Positions 37,993 to 47,399 of a stretch of 64,000 nt of DNA are shown piece after piece (within the stretch, counting starts at the first letter, position 1; every line of letters begins with the position of its first letter). The notes under the pieces were generated by a model that was given only the letters and a program-made list of their open reading frames with translations, searched no databases and was not told the DNA's origin. The DNA comes from a virus. Taxonomy: Duplodnaviria > Caudoviricetes. The DNA is taken from the IMG/VR virus record IMGVR_UViG_3300031857_000007, one strand, 5' to 3'. The translations under genes and the position numbers were made by a program.

Positions 37993-39573
37993 TTATCCTC
38001 CTAGTGCTAAAATAAATGGAGTCATTGTAGTAAATAAACTCTTTGAATAGAAGTTTCCTGATATTGTTCCGGTTTGTTGATTTACCGTAACCCCATCACC
38101 TATTCTAAAGTTTCCAGACTGATCAGTAGACGTGTATACAACTAATCCACCATTTCTCGCATCTGTTTCATTTTCTTGTATTGGTATTCCTCCTGCTGAA
38201 GGAAGAGCACTAGAAATTGTTATGCCAGAACCTACATATTCAAATGAGTGACCAGAAGCCAATATTCTACTTTGTTTAAAGAATGGGACTGTTGATCCAA
38301 CACCAACAGAATATGGAACATTATCACTTAATGTAATTGTCGAAATTCCTGAAGAAATTGGCGTGGAACTTTCGATCACATAATACGTCGGTAATATAGA
38401 TGCAATTGCTGTTGCGGTATTGATCCCAACATCTGGTGAAGATATTGTTATCGTTGGAACAGATTCATATCCTCTGCCACTGGAGACGACTTGAATATTA
38501 ATAACACTACCATTATCAATTTCTGCTACTGCCTGTGCTTGTATTCCCCAAGAAGTTGATGGTGGAGAAATTGTTACTGTTGGTGCAGAAGTATAACCTG
38601 TACCACCTGCCGAAACAGTAACTTTTTCGACGGTACTGTACAATTTATCGAAATAAACTACTTGACCATCATATGGTCTCGTATTACTAAGTCCTGAAAT
38701 AACAAATTCATTGCTGTTTGCGGATGCATATGAAGTTACAATACCAGTAAATTGAGTAGAACTTACTCCATCTGCAACCAATGCATAGTTCCCAAACGAA
38801 GAGTTTGAGTTTGTCAGATCACATGCTCCACCCGATCCACAATAGACTGCAATATCGTTACAAATAGTGAATAGAGAAACTAATTGTGCATAACCACTGT
38901 TAGTAATAGAGACACCTATTCCACCTTGATTGTACTGAGTATAGCTATCAAGGACCATTGATTTTAAATTGCCACTTGCATGATTTCCATCAATTTTCAT
39001 TCCAATGCTATTTGGAATGAAATTAGTACAATTTTGAATATATGGTGATTGTGTAATTGTTCCTGCACCTACTGGATTAAATGCAAATATTGCTTTTCCA
39101 GAATTTAGAGTGCCTGTATAAGACATCTCTGCAACATAGTTTCCATTTGTCACATAAAATAAATCAGAAGTTGCATTTTGTGGAGATACTGATACTTCTC
39201 TTAAACTATCTCCAATTATTGATACTTGTTCTGGAATTGAAAGAGGGTTATTCTCTAGATAAGATCCAGCACTAACTTTAATAACTGTTCCTGTTGTTGC
39301 TGCTGTGAGTGCTGCTCCGATTGTTCTTTTCGCGTCTCCAAGTTTTTTTCCTGTGTTTGTATCGCTTCCGTCTTGTGTGACATAAAGAATATTAGTAACT
39401 GTTGCTCCAGCACCAAGTCTTACAATATCGGTGCCAATTCCTGTTCTTTCTCTGCGGGCATATAACTCTGCATCATATGTATTAAGTCCAAGTTCTCCCA
39501 AAGGCAAATCACTTATCTGCGGTGATTTACCGGGAACTGCGGATCTTTTAATTCTAATTATAGGGGATGCCAT
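37993..39573 (-). CDS. Fibre/spike protein with Mtd_N-like N-terminus and pectin-lyase-like beta-helix
   Basis: IKRSAVPGKSP...LGELGLNTYD anchor; GSDTNTG...YLENNP...IIGDSLR; SPYIQNCT. Confidence 0.78.
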   Translation of the reverse strand: MASPIIRIKRSAVPGKSPQISDLPLGELGLNTYDAELYARRERTGIGTDIVRLGAGATVTNILYVTQDGSDTNTGKKLGDAKRTIGAALTAATTGTVIKVSAGSYLENNPLSIPEQVSIIGDSLREVSVSPQNATSDLFYVTNGNYVAEMSYTGTLNSGKAIFAFNPVGAGTITQSPYIQNCTNFIPNSIGMKIDGNHASGNLKSMVLDSYTQYNQGGIGVSITNSGYAQLVSLFTICNDIAVYCGSGGACDLTNSNSSFGNYALVADGVSSTQFTGIVTSYASANSNEFVISGLSNTRPYDGQVVYFDKLYSTVEKVTVSAGGTGYTSAPTVTISPPSTSWGIQAQAVAEIDNGSVINIQVVSSGRGYESVPTITISSPDVGINTATAIASILPTYYVIESSTPISSGISTITLSDNVPYSVGVGSTVPFFKQSRILASGHSFEYVGSGITISSALPSAGGIPIQENETDARNGGLVVYTSTDQSGNFRIGDGVTVNQQTGTISGNFYSKSLFTTMTPFILALGG

Positions 39574-39624
39574 TTAATGCAAATCGGTATATACCTCAAA
39601 GTTCAGTATAAATGAACTTTTATA

Positions 39625-39632
39625 TATTTATC
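39625..39632 (-). promoter_or_regulatory. Late promoter variant GATAAATA
   Basis: At the stop of the 68-aa ORF, upstream of the gene starting at 39573. Confidence 0.55.
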
Positions 39633-39837
39633 AATAATCTTCAGTCTGCTGAGAATCTTCAATTAAAGATTTTAAAGCCCTATTTTCTTCCGTTATACTT
39701 TCTATAATAGTTTTTAATTGATTTATCTGTGCCTCTAAAACAACGTTTTTAGTCAAAAGTTCAAAAGTTTTTTGTTGATAAACATTAATAACTTCTTTCA
39801 GGTCATTTTCATTCATATTAGTAAGTTCCGCAGTCAA
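39631..39837 (-). CDS. Small coiled-coil hypothetical protein (likely start ATG near 39816)
   Basis: YQQKTFELLTKNVVLEAQINQLKTIIESITEENRALK heptads. Confidence 0.7.
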   Translation of the reverse strand: MTAELTNMNENDLKEVINVYQQKTFELLTKNVVLEAQINQLKTIIESITEENRALKSLIEDSQQTEDY

Positions 39838-42800
39838 CTGTAATATTTTCTAATAATCTTTCTGTGCCTGAACAATTTATTATTGCTGATTGTCCAGCAC
39901 AATCATTAATCCATATAGTAGAAACCTCTATTGGTGCATAGGAGGAAACTGTTATTTGTGGACTTGTTGTTCCAACTCCAACACTTTCTGATATTTGAGA
40001 TCCAAATTTAAATCTAGAATCTGTTTGTTCCCAAATAAATGCTGACTTTTTAGATGAAGTTTGATAATAGTTGAATAAAATCCCCAAATCCCAAGTAGTA
40101 GTTGTGGATGGAGCAGATCCATCAACTACCCCAAGTTCAATTGTGCGGTCCTCTACTGTGATTGATGTTGTATTTACTTGAGTAGTTGAACCATTAACGT
40201 ATAGATTTCCACTAACAGTAAGGTCTGAAGTGGTTTGTACATTTCCTGTAGAATTGGATATGCTAATTGCAGAAGTTCCATCACTGGCTTTTAGATATTG
40301 AGATCTTACCTCTCCAAAGGTGCCTATTCCACTATAAGATATATTTGTTCCAGATAGATTAGTTACAACTCCTACAGTACTGAATAGATTTTGAACCGTT
40401 GCAATTCCACTTACATTTAAATTTGTTGCAGTTGCATTTGTAATGGTTGAATTTGTATAATTTAAAGTCGTTCCACTTAAGTTGGTTGCTGTAGAAACTC
40501 CAGTATAATTTAAATTGGTTCCTCTTAGTGATGTAATATCTGCAACTGTATAATTTAAAGTCGTTCCACTTAAGTTAGTTGCAGTAGAAATTCCGGAATA
40601 ATTTAAATTAGTTCCTCTTAGTGATGTAATATCTGCAACTGTATAATTTAAAGTAGTCCCAGTTAGAGTTTCTATTGTCCCAATTCCAGAATAATTTAGA
40701 TTAGATCCTCTAATATTTGAAATCGTACTTACGCCAGTGTATAGTAAATTGTCTCCAGTTGCGGCATAAATGTTTCCTAAGTCAAAATTTAAAGTTGTAC
40801 CATTTAGTGTAGAAATTGTACCTACACCAATAAAACTGTAATTAGTTCCTCTTAATGTAGTTACAATACCAATATTGGAATATAGATTAACAAAGTCTGC
40901 TGTTGTTCCATCAATAGTTGGTAAAGTTGCTATTCCCGAATAATTTAAATTAGTACCAGTTAATGTTGTTATGATTCCAACATTAGAATAGACAGTTGTA
41001 AAATCGGCAGTTGTACCATCAATAGTTGGTAAAGTTGCTATTCCTGAATAATTTAAATTAGTACCTACCAAGTTTGCTACAGTTCCTACACCAGAATAAT
41101 TTAAATTGGTACCTACCAAGTTTGATACAGTTCCTACACCAGAATAATTTAAATTGGTACCAGTTAATGTAGTTACAATTCCAACGTTAGAGTAAACAGT
41201 CGTAAAGTCTGCTGTTGTACCATCAATAGTTGGTAAAGTTGCTATTCCAGAATAATTTAAATTAGTACCAGTAAGAGTTGGAATTGTGCCCACACCAGAA
41301 TAATTTAAATTGGTACCTACCAAGTTTGATACAGTTCCTACACCAGAATAATTTAAATTAGTTCCTCTTAATGTAGTTACTATGCCAGTATTTGAATATA
41401 GATTAACAAAGTCTGCTGTTGTACCATCAATAGTTGGTAAAGTTGCTATTCCAGAATAATTTAAATTAGTACCAGTAAGAGTTGTGACTGTAGTAATTCC
41501 AGAAACATTCAGATTTGTAATATTTGAATTTGTGTAAGTAGCTGTAGTTCCTGATATTGTAGTAACCACACCAGTAACAATATTACCGGTTGTAAAATTG
41601 CCTGTATTATAGGTCGCCGTGGTGCCAGATAAAGTTGTAACTACACCAGTAACAATATTGCCTGTAGTGGCATTTAATGTGGTTAGATTGCCGGTATTAT
41701 AGTTTGCGGTAGTTCCTGATATTGTGGTAACTACGCCAGTGACAATATTACCTGTAGTGGCATTTAGTGTAGTTAGATTGCCGGTATTATAGGTCGCTGT
41801 GGTACCAGATAAAGTTGTAACTACACCAGTAACAATGTTGCCAGTAGTTGCATTTAATGTAGTTAAGTTACCAGTATTATATGTTGCCGTAGTTCCTGAT
41901 AGTGTTGTGACTACTCCAGTGACAATGTTACCGGTAGTGGCATTTAATGTAGTTAAGTTACCAGTATTATAGTTTGCGGTAGTTCCTGATAGTGTTGTGA
42001 CTACTCCAGTGACAATGTTACCGGTTGTAAAATTACCGGTATTATAGTTTGCGGTAGTTCCTGATATGGTAGTAACCACACCAGTAACAATATTGCCTGT
42101 AGTGGCATTTAATGTGGTTAAGTTACCAGTATTATACGTCGCTGTGGTACCAGATAAAGTTGTGACTACTCCGCTTACAATATTTGCATTGGTTATATTT
42201 GAAGTTGTGCTATCTAAAGTTGTGATTGTCCCCAATCCACTTACTTTGAGATTCACTAATGTCAAATCTGTAGCTGTAACTACACCTAATGTGGATATAC
42301 CCGAAACTACATGTATTCCAGAAGCAAAAGTTGCTATTCCAATAAATGTAGATATTCCACTTATTTTTAAATCAGTAAATGTATTTGGTGCATTTGAAAC
42401 TGCCGTTTCAATTGTATTGATTGTAATAGCATCTAAAGATAATATATTTTGTAATTGTCTTTCGTTACTAATTACCTGAGTAGATCCAATGCTTACAGAA
42501 AATGCTGTCAGTATTCCTGTAGCAGAAATATTTCCATTAGGATCTAATCTTATATTAGTTATAGATGTTGATGGACCAACTCTAACAAATCCTTTATTGT
42601 ATTGATTTCCATTGTAATCAACATACCAAGATGGTGAACCTACATTATTTAAATAGTAACCACCAGTTGTGGAATTTGTAATTACTGTGCCCGATTCTGG
42701 ATAAAATAAACTTCCAGGAATCGAATCTGATCCATCAGTTATTCGACCTACGCTTAATTTTGCAACGGATCCATAACTTGCAATTCTTGTGTCTTTATAT

Positions 42801-43774
42801 AAAGTTATAGAATCGCTTGGATTATTTGTAGAAATTCCTACAAATCCATTTGAAGACGCAGAAATTATGGTTCCGCCAACACCAACATTAAACGAACCTT
42901 GAACCGTTCCTATTCCAGAATAATTTAAATTGGTACCTCTAACATTTGAAATTGTACCTACACCAGAATAATTTAAATTAGTACCAGTTAATGTAGTTAT
43001 GATACCAGTATTTACAAATAAATTTGTGTTGTATAAAGTGGAAACATTTGAAACTGTAGAATATAAAGTTTCTATAGTACCAATTCCACTATAACTTATA
43101 TAAGTTCCACTTAAATTAGTTACAATACCTGTATTAATGTTTGAATATGTTGAGTTAAATGAAGCAATAGTGCCAATACCAGAATAATTTAAATTTAATC
43201 CTCTTACATGTTGAATTGTTGAATATTCACTATTAAATAATGGAATAGTTCCTATTCCAGCAACAGTAAAATTATTACCTACATTTAAATTTGTGCCTAT
43301 ATTTACACTTTTCTCTACACCCAATCCACCCTCAATTATTACAGCTCCAGTATCTTTGCTATAAGAATCTGCTGGATTTGTGAATGTTACAATTCCACTT
43401 AAAATTGGAATATTTGTTACCCAAGATAATGATCCGCTTCCATCATTAAGTAAAACGCTATTTGCTGTTCCTTGATCAGCTGGAAAATAATATGTTACTG
43501 CAGAACCAACAGCAGAAGGTGCAGCGAGAGTTATGTAATTTGAACCGTTTGTTGAAGCCTCTACAAGATTAATTCCACTGCCGCGTGTGCTTTCGTCTTC
43601 TCTTGTCCAATATCTATGAGATCCAAAGAATTTATTTCCAGATACAGTGGTATTAAAACCTACAAAAAGATCAAAGTTATTAAGAGAGAAAGCTGGTTCA
43701 CCGGGCTTTAATGCGGGAACTGTGCCACCAATCCCAGCATTGCCCCTTTTAAACCGAAGTAGTGATGAGGCCAT
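39818..43774 (-). CDS. Long tail fibre protein (1318 aa) with Mtd_N-like N-terminus and repeat shaft
   Basis: LRFKRG...ALKPGEPAFSLNNFDLFVG anchor; GTNLNYSG and NIVTGVVTT repeats. Confidence 0.85.
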   Translation of the reverse strand: MASSLLRFKRGNAGIGGTVPALKPGEPAFSLNNFDLFVGFNTTVSGNKFFGSHRYWTREDESTRGSGINLVEASTNGSNYITLAAPSAVGSAVTYYFPADQGTANSVLLNDGSGSLSWVTNIPILSGIVTFTNPADSYSKDTGAVIIEGGLGVEKSVNIGTNLNVGNNFTVAGIGTIPLFNSEYSTIQHVRGLNLNYSGIGTIASFNSTYSNINTGIVTNLSGTYISYSGIGTIETLYSTVSNVSTLYNTNLFVNTGIITTLTGTNLNYSGVGTISNVRGTNLNYSGIGTVQGSFNVGVGGTIISASSNGFVGISTNNPSDSITLYKDTRIASYGSVAKLSVGRITDGSDSIPGSLFYPESGTVITNSTTGGYYLNNVGSPSWYVDYNGNQYNKGFVRVGPSTSITNIRLDPNGNISATGILTAFSVSIGSTQVISNERQLQNILSLDAITINTIETAVSNAPNTFTDLKISGISTFIGIATFASGIHVVSGISTLGVVTATDLTLVNLKVSGLGTITTLDSTTSNITNANIVSGVVTTLSGTTATYNTGNLTTLNATTGNIVTGVVTTISGTTANYNTGNFTTGNIVTGVVTTLSGTTANYNTGNLTTLNATTGNIVTGVVTTLSGTTATYNTGNLTTLNATTGNIVTGVVTTLSGTTATYNTGNLTTLNATTGNIVTGVVTTISGTTANYNTGNLTTLNATTGNIVTGVVTTLSGTTATYNTGNFTTGNIVTGVVTTISGTTATYTNSNITNLNVSGITTVTTLTGTNLNYSGIATLPTIDGTTADFVNLYSNTGIVTTLRGTNLNYSGVGTVSNLVGTNLNYSGVGTIPTLTGTNLNYSGIATLPTIDGTTADFTTVYSNVGIVTTLTGTNLNYSGVGTVSNLVGTNLNYSGVGTVANLVGTNLNYSGIATLPTIDGTTADFTTVYSNVGIITTLTGTNLNYSGIATLPTIDGTTADFVNLYSNIGIVTTLRGTNYSFIGVGTISTLNGTTLNFDLGNIYAATGDNLLYTGVSTISNIRGSNLNYSGIGTIETLTGTTLNYTVADITSLRGTNLNYSGISTATNLSGTTLNYTVADITSLRGTNLNYTGVSTATNLSGTTLNYTNSTITNATATNLNVSGIATVQNLFSTVGVVTNLSGTNISYSGIGTFGEVRSQYLKASDGTSAISISNSTGNVQTTSDLTVSGNLYVNGSTTQVNTTSITVEDRTIELGVVDGSAPSTTTTWDLGILFNYYQTSSKKSAFIWEQTDSRFKFGSQISESVGVGTTSPQITVSSYAPIEVSTIWINDCAGQSAIINCSGTERLLENITVDCGTY
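41530..42184 (-). repeat. Tandem array of 30-aa and 25-aa units (order 30,25,30,30,30,30,25 plus a partial unit)
   Basis: NIVTGVVTT(L/I)SGTTA(T/N)YNTGNLTTLNATTG and NIVTGVVTT(L/I)SGTTA(T/N)YNTGNFTTG counted in the translation; 90/75-bp DNA units with synonymous variation. Confidence 0.92.
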
Positions 43775-43792
43775 ATTATTCTATCTTTTAAA

Positions 43793-43800
43793 TATTTATT
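43793..43800 (-). promoter_or_regulatory. Late promoter variant AATAAATA
   Basis: 19 bp upstream of the ATG at 43774. Confidence 0.6.
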
Positions 43801-43802
43801 GA

Positions 43803-44135
43803 CTAGAATACTCCACCATCTACATCAATGCGATTATCGAGATCTGCATCTAAAGTGTTTAAGAAATCTTCTGGTAAACCGGGTTGCACACTTGCTGTAG
43901 TTGAAGCTGCAGAAAGAACTCCATCGGGGTCAACAATTGTAAATTTATTCAATACACTATCATATACTACTACATAACTATTTTTGTTTGAATTTGGATT
44001 GTCCTTAGATATTCCTGGAAAAGATACATCCAACAATTCCTGAAAGTAATTTGAAGCCATGGCTTTTTCTCTGGTTACCTTAAACCCGGATGTTTTATTA
44101 AATTTTACATTATATGACATGCTTCCTATAGTCAT
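43803..44135 (-). CDS. Hypothetical protein (true start may be MASNYF near 44060)
   Basis: Fills the gap between genes; ends with LDADLDNRIDVDGGVF. Confidence 0.6.
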   Translation of the reverse strand: MTIGSMSYNVKFNKTSGFKVTREKAMASNYFQELLDVSFPGISKDNPNSNKNSYVVVYDSVLNKFTIVDPDGVLSAASTTASVQPGLPEDFLNTLDADLDNRIDVDGGVF

Positions 44136-44470
44136 TATGCAGATACCGTTGGTGATACTAGGGCCATTCCTTCAATAACTCTTGTTTTTTGTCCATATCC
44201 AGTAGATATAATTACAATATCATAATAGTTTCTTCCCTCAGATAACTCGCTAGTTATTGTACTGCCCATGGATATGAGTATTTTACCAATTGCAGGTGTA
44301 ATAGAAACTGAAAAGGACTTTGAAATTGTTGATGAAGGAAATTTTTTTATTTTTGCCACGGCAGTATATCCAGATAAATTGAATGCAGATCCGTCTGGAT
44401 TTGATATTGTGAATGAATTTTCAAAGTCAACACCTTTTTCTATTGTAATATTGACTGCTGGTACTGCCAT
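44135..44470 (-). CDS. Small structural beta-sandwich (BppU-like) protein
   Basis: NITIEKGVDF...FNLSGYTAVAKIKK...GRNYYDIVI...RVIEG pattern. Confidence 0.6.
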   Translation of the reverse strand: MAVPAVNITIEKGVDFENSFTISNPDGSAFNLSGYTAVAKIKKFPSSTISKSFSVSITPAIGKILISMGSTITSELSEGRNYYDIVIISTGYGQKTRVIEGMALVSPTVSA

Positions 44471-44482
44471 TTGTTTTTTTAA

Positions 44483-44932
44483 TTATTTATCATCATCTTC
44501 TTTGGATCTTTTCTTTAACAACTTTGATAACTCTGCGGTAGATCCAACAAACAATGCGTTTGTGACATTTGTTGGTCCATTTGGTTGTTTAACCTGTTCT
44601 ATATCTTTTAATTTCTTTTGCAAATCCATTAATTTGTCTGTTGCGTCCGCAACATTTTTTATCAATTGACCAGCAACTTCATATGCTCGTGCTTGTTCAG
44701 TTTCTTGAGCTAATTCTAAAATTCCATTTATTGCTTCTTGTCCTTTTTCAATAATAGAATACAAATTTCCTCTAGTATATTCATAATCTTTTTTTACATC
44801 ATTGGAAAAGGATTCTATCTTCTTTTCCTTATCAATTTGTATTGAATTATCAACTTCTACATCAACATGTACAATTTCGTCCGAAACGTTGAATGTATTA
44901 TTTAAATCTTCAAATTTTTTTGTCATTTTCAT
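44483..44932 (-). CDS. gp16: Terminase small subunit gp16
   Basis: DYEYTRGNLYSIIEKGQEAI...RAYEVAGQLIK...NALFVGSTAEL; follows gp15. Confidence 0.9.
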   Translation of the reverse strand: MKMTKKFEDLNNTFNVSDEIVHVDVEVDNSIQIDKEKKIESFSNDVKKDYEYTRGNLYSIIEKGQEAINGILELAQETEQARAYEVAGQLIKNVADATDKLMDLQKKLKDIEQVKQPNGPTNVTNALFVGSTAELSKLLKKRSKEDDDK

Positions 44933-44933
44933 T

Positions 44934-45938
44934 TTATGCTATCGAATCGCTAAATCCAAAATCATCTCCAACTTCAATTAAAGCATTATCTGCTTGAGTA
45001 ATTTTGTTTATAACAGATCCAAGAACATGTGGAGATGCAATTGTTGAATCTGATCCACGTACAACTTTTAATGTATTTCCAGTAATAGATTTTACATACA
45101 TCTCTTCTTGATCAATTGTTATGTAATCTCCTTCGGATATGGAAGAAGAACTCTCAACATTTATGGAAGTTTGATCTGATGTAATATCCTGGGACAAATT
45201 GGTTATACTATTGTTTGTATAACTCTGTGTTGCTCTAGGTTCAACCGCATAAGTAATTTCTCTTGTAGGAGTTTTTGTAGTATCTCCTGCAACATATCCA
45301 ATAGAAACTTTTTTGATAATATCTGAAGAAACTGAAGTAGAAACTGGTCCAAACAAATAAGTTTTTGCAGTAAATCTTAACGTATAGATCAAAACCCTTC
45401 TTGAAGAGTAATCGCCTTCATAATTATCTTGCATTTGAATTCCTTCGAATACGATAGGAATATCCCTTTTTTCTCCAATTTCATCTACTAAATCTATAGA
45501 CAAATTATATGAAGGTTGAAAATATGGTAAAATTTGTTCCACTATTTGTAACATATCATCGTTTAATCTTGTAAATATACTCAATTCAAAATACAAGTTA
45601 TATGGAACTGGCATATATGCCTTTCTTTTATCACTTTGATTTGAAGCGGAACTTGTTAAAAATGTTTGAACCGTAGATACTTTTCTTGCAGAATCATATG
45701 ATATGCCATTAAGTTCAAATGACATTCTTGGCACGGTAATTTGTATTGGCTTGTTTAGATCAGGAACTTGCTCAAGCCTTGCTAAGAATTTTTGTGTCGG
45801 ACCATATGCAAGAGGTACTTTAATCAAACTTACTGTTTGATCTTGGTCATTTTTATGTTTTATTCTTATTTCGTTAAATATTGATCCGAATCCGATGATT
45901 GTTTTTCTTAGAATCTCGTGATAAAAATATTCAAACAT
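44934..45938 (-). CDS. gp15: Proximal tail sheath stabilizer / tail terminator gp15
   Basis: YFYHEILRK...VPLAYGP...PRMSFE...PVPYNL...QILPYFQP. Confidence 0.95.
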   Translation of the reverse strand: MFEYFYHEILRKTIIGFGSIFNEIRIKHKNDQDQTVSLIKVPLAYGPTQKFLARLEQVPDLNKPIQITVPRMSFELNGISYDSARKVSTVQTFLTSSASNQSDKRKAYMPVPYNLYFELSIFTRLNDDMLQIVEQILPYFQPSYNLSIDLVDEIGEKRDIPIVFEGIQMQDNYEGDYSSRRVLIYTLRFTAKTYLFGPVSTSVSSDIIKKVSIGYVAGDTTKTPTREITYAVEPRATQSYTNNSITNLSQDITSDQTSINVESSSSISEGDYITIDQEEMYVKSITGNTLKVVRGSDSTIASPHVLGSVINKITQADNALIEVGDDFGFSDSIA

Positions 45939-45987
45939 TTTTTGTTCTCTTACTTATTAATGATTTGAAATCATTATAATTGTAACC

Positions 45988-45995
45988 TATTTATA
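45988..45995 (-). promoter_or_regulatory. Late promoter TATAAATA for gp15-gp16
   Basis: Exact consensus in the intergenic gap. Confidence 0.8.
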
Positions 45996-46004
45996 CTAAT
46001 AAAA

Positions 46005-47393
46005 TTATGCTTCTCCAAAAGGATTTGTTTCAGTAAAATCAAAAATATTATCTGATTCGGATTCTATTTCTTCATTCTGTGCATATGGATCACTAAATTC
46101 ATCTATTGGTGCATTGCTTACCTTATATGAAGCATTGCTCGTAGACCCAACTATCAATTCTCCCAGTTTAAATGTGCCAGTAACATTAGAAATTTTTAAT
46201 TTAGATGTAGTAGAATTCCATTCCCTAACTATCGCTTTAGTTCCACTAATACTGCCAATTATTTCTTCATTAAATGTATAAGTTCCAACCCCTACCATAT
46301 CTGGAGAGGAGAATGTTATTGTTGGATTTGAAGCATATCCAGTACCTCCGTCTCTTATTCTTATTGAGGTTATCTTTCCAGAAGAATCTATTACTGCAAT
46401 AGCTTTAGCTGTAACTCCTGTACCAACTGGTCCACTTATAGTAACCGTAGGTGCAGTAGAATATCCAGATCCACCAGAAACTAAGGTCACAATACCAACA
46501 ATTCCATTTCCTATTGTCGTGGTTGCAGCTGCTCCAACTCCACCACCACCAACAAATACAACGTTTGGTGCTACCGTATATCCTGCACCTGCATTGATAA
46601 TATCAACACCTTGAACTCGTAATGATTTAGATCCATTGCAATTTACAATATTTCCTATCATTGTTGCAATTCCAGTTGCATTGACACCACCCTGAGCAGC
46701 TGGAACCGCTGAAGATATTGCCACAATTGGAACACTTGTATAACCTTCTCCCCTATTAGTCACAGTTATGGATCTTAGTCCTCCATTAACAATATGTGCA
46801 GTTGCCACAGGAGTTGATCCTACACCAACCAAAGATAAAGTTTGAATCTGTCCATATTCGACAATATTATTATCTAATTCTTCTATGCCAGTATCGATAA
46901 TTTCGTCTTCGTATATAAACAGTTCACAAGTTAATTCATAGACATAATTTTTTTGTAATTGGTAGAATGGCTTTTCATGCTCTACAAATTTTATTTCAAA
47001 TAATCTATCACCTAAAGGAAAATAAACTAAATCACCTTCTTTAGGTCTTGTTGAAAGTTCAATATTTGGTTGACCATTAATTAATGGTGTAATGTAAGAT
47101 TCGAATCTTTCCTTTGAAATTACGAGGGATAATTCATTAATTGGCTGGACACCAAATTTTGACAATAAAGTTCCTGGTCCACCATATCCGTCATATGTAT
47201 TTACATAAGCTTCCAAAGGATATGCACTAGTAAATTCTGATTCTATTAATTCCTTTATGATTGATTTTTTTGTTATATATTTTCTGGGAACATAGTATAT
47301 TTCCACACCATACATTCTTAGTTGCTCATTTATGAGATCTTGTATTAGACCTTGCTCACTTGCCGAACCTTGAAGAAAAAATGGATTTAACAT
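46005..47393 (-). CDS. gp14: Neck protein gp14 with C-terminal G-x-GY repeat extension
   Basis: QDLINEQLRMYG...RPKEGDLVYFPLGDRLFEIKFVEHEKPFYQL...YELTCELF. Confidence 0.93.
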   Translation of the reverse strand: MLNPFFLQGSASEQGLIQDLINEQLRMYGVEIYYVPRKYITKKSIIKELIESEFTSAYPLEAYVNTYDGYGGPGTLLSKFGVQPINELSLVISKERFESYITPLINGQPNIELSTRPKEGDLVYFPLGDRLFEIKFVEHEKPFYQLQKNYVYELTCELFIYEDEIIDTGIEELDNNIVEYGQIQTLSLVGVGSTPVATAHIVNGGLRSITVTNRGEGYTSVPIVAISSAVPAAQGGVNATGIATMIGNIVNCNGSKSLRVQGVDIINAGAGYTVAPNVVFVGGGGVGAAATTTIGNGIVGIVTLVSGGSGYSTAPTVTISGPVGTGVTAKAIAVIDSSGKITSIRIRDGGTGYASNPTITFSSPDMVGVGTYTFNEEIIGSISGTKAIVREWNSTTSKLKISNVTGTFKLGELIVGSTSNASYKVSNAPIDEFSDPYAQNEEIESESDNIFDFTETNPFGEA

Positions 47394-47399
47394 ATAACA

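Noticed and set aside
34920-42184. Repeat arrays as a CRISPR array
   Set aside because: The repeats are in-frame coding units with synonymous variation and no unique spacers; no cas genes are present.
37993-43774. Diversity-generating retroelement suggested by Mtd_N-like N-termini
   Set aside because: No reverse transcriptase and no template/variable repeat pair differing at adenines was seen; this N-terminal module is a general fibre anchor.
45959-45975. Palindrome AATGATT-TGA-AATCATT between gp14 and gp15
   Set aside because: AT-only stem with no U-tract; likely by chance in AT-rich DNA.
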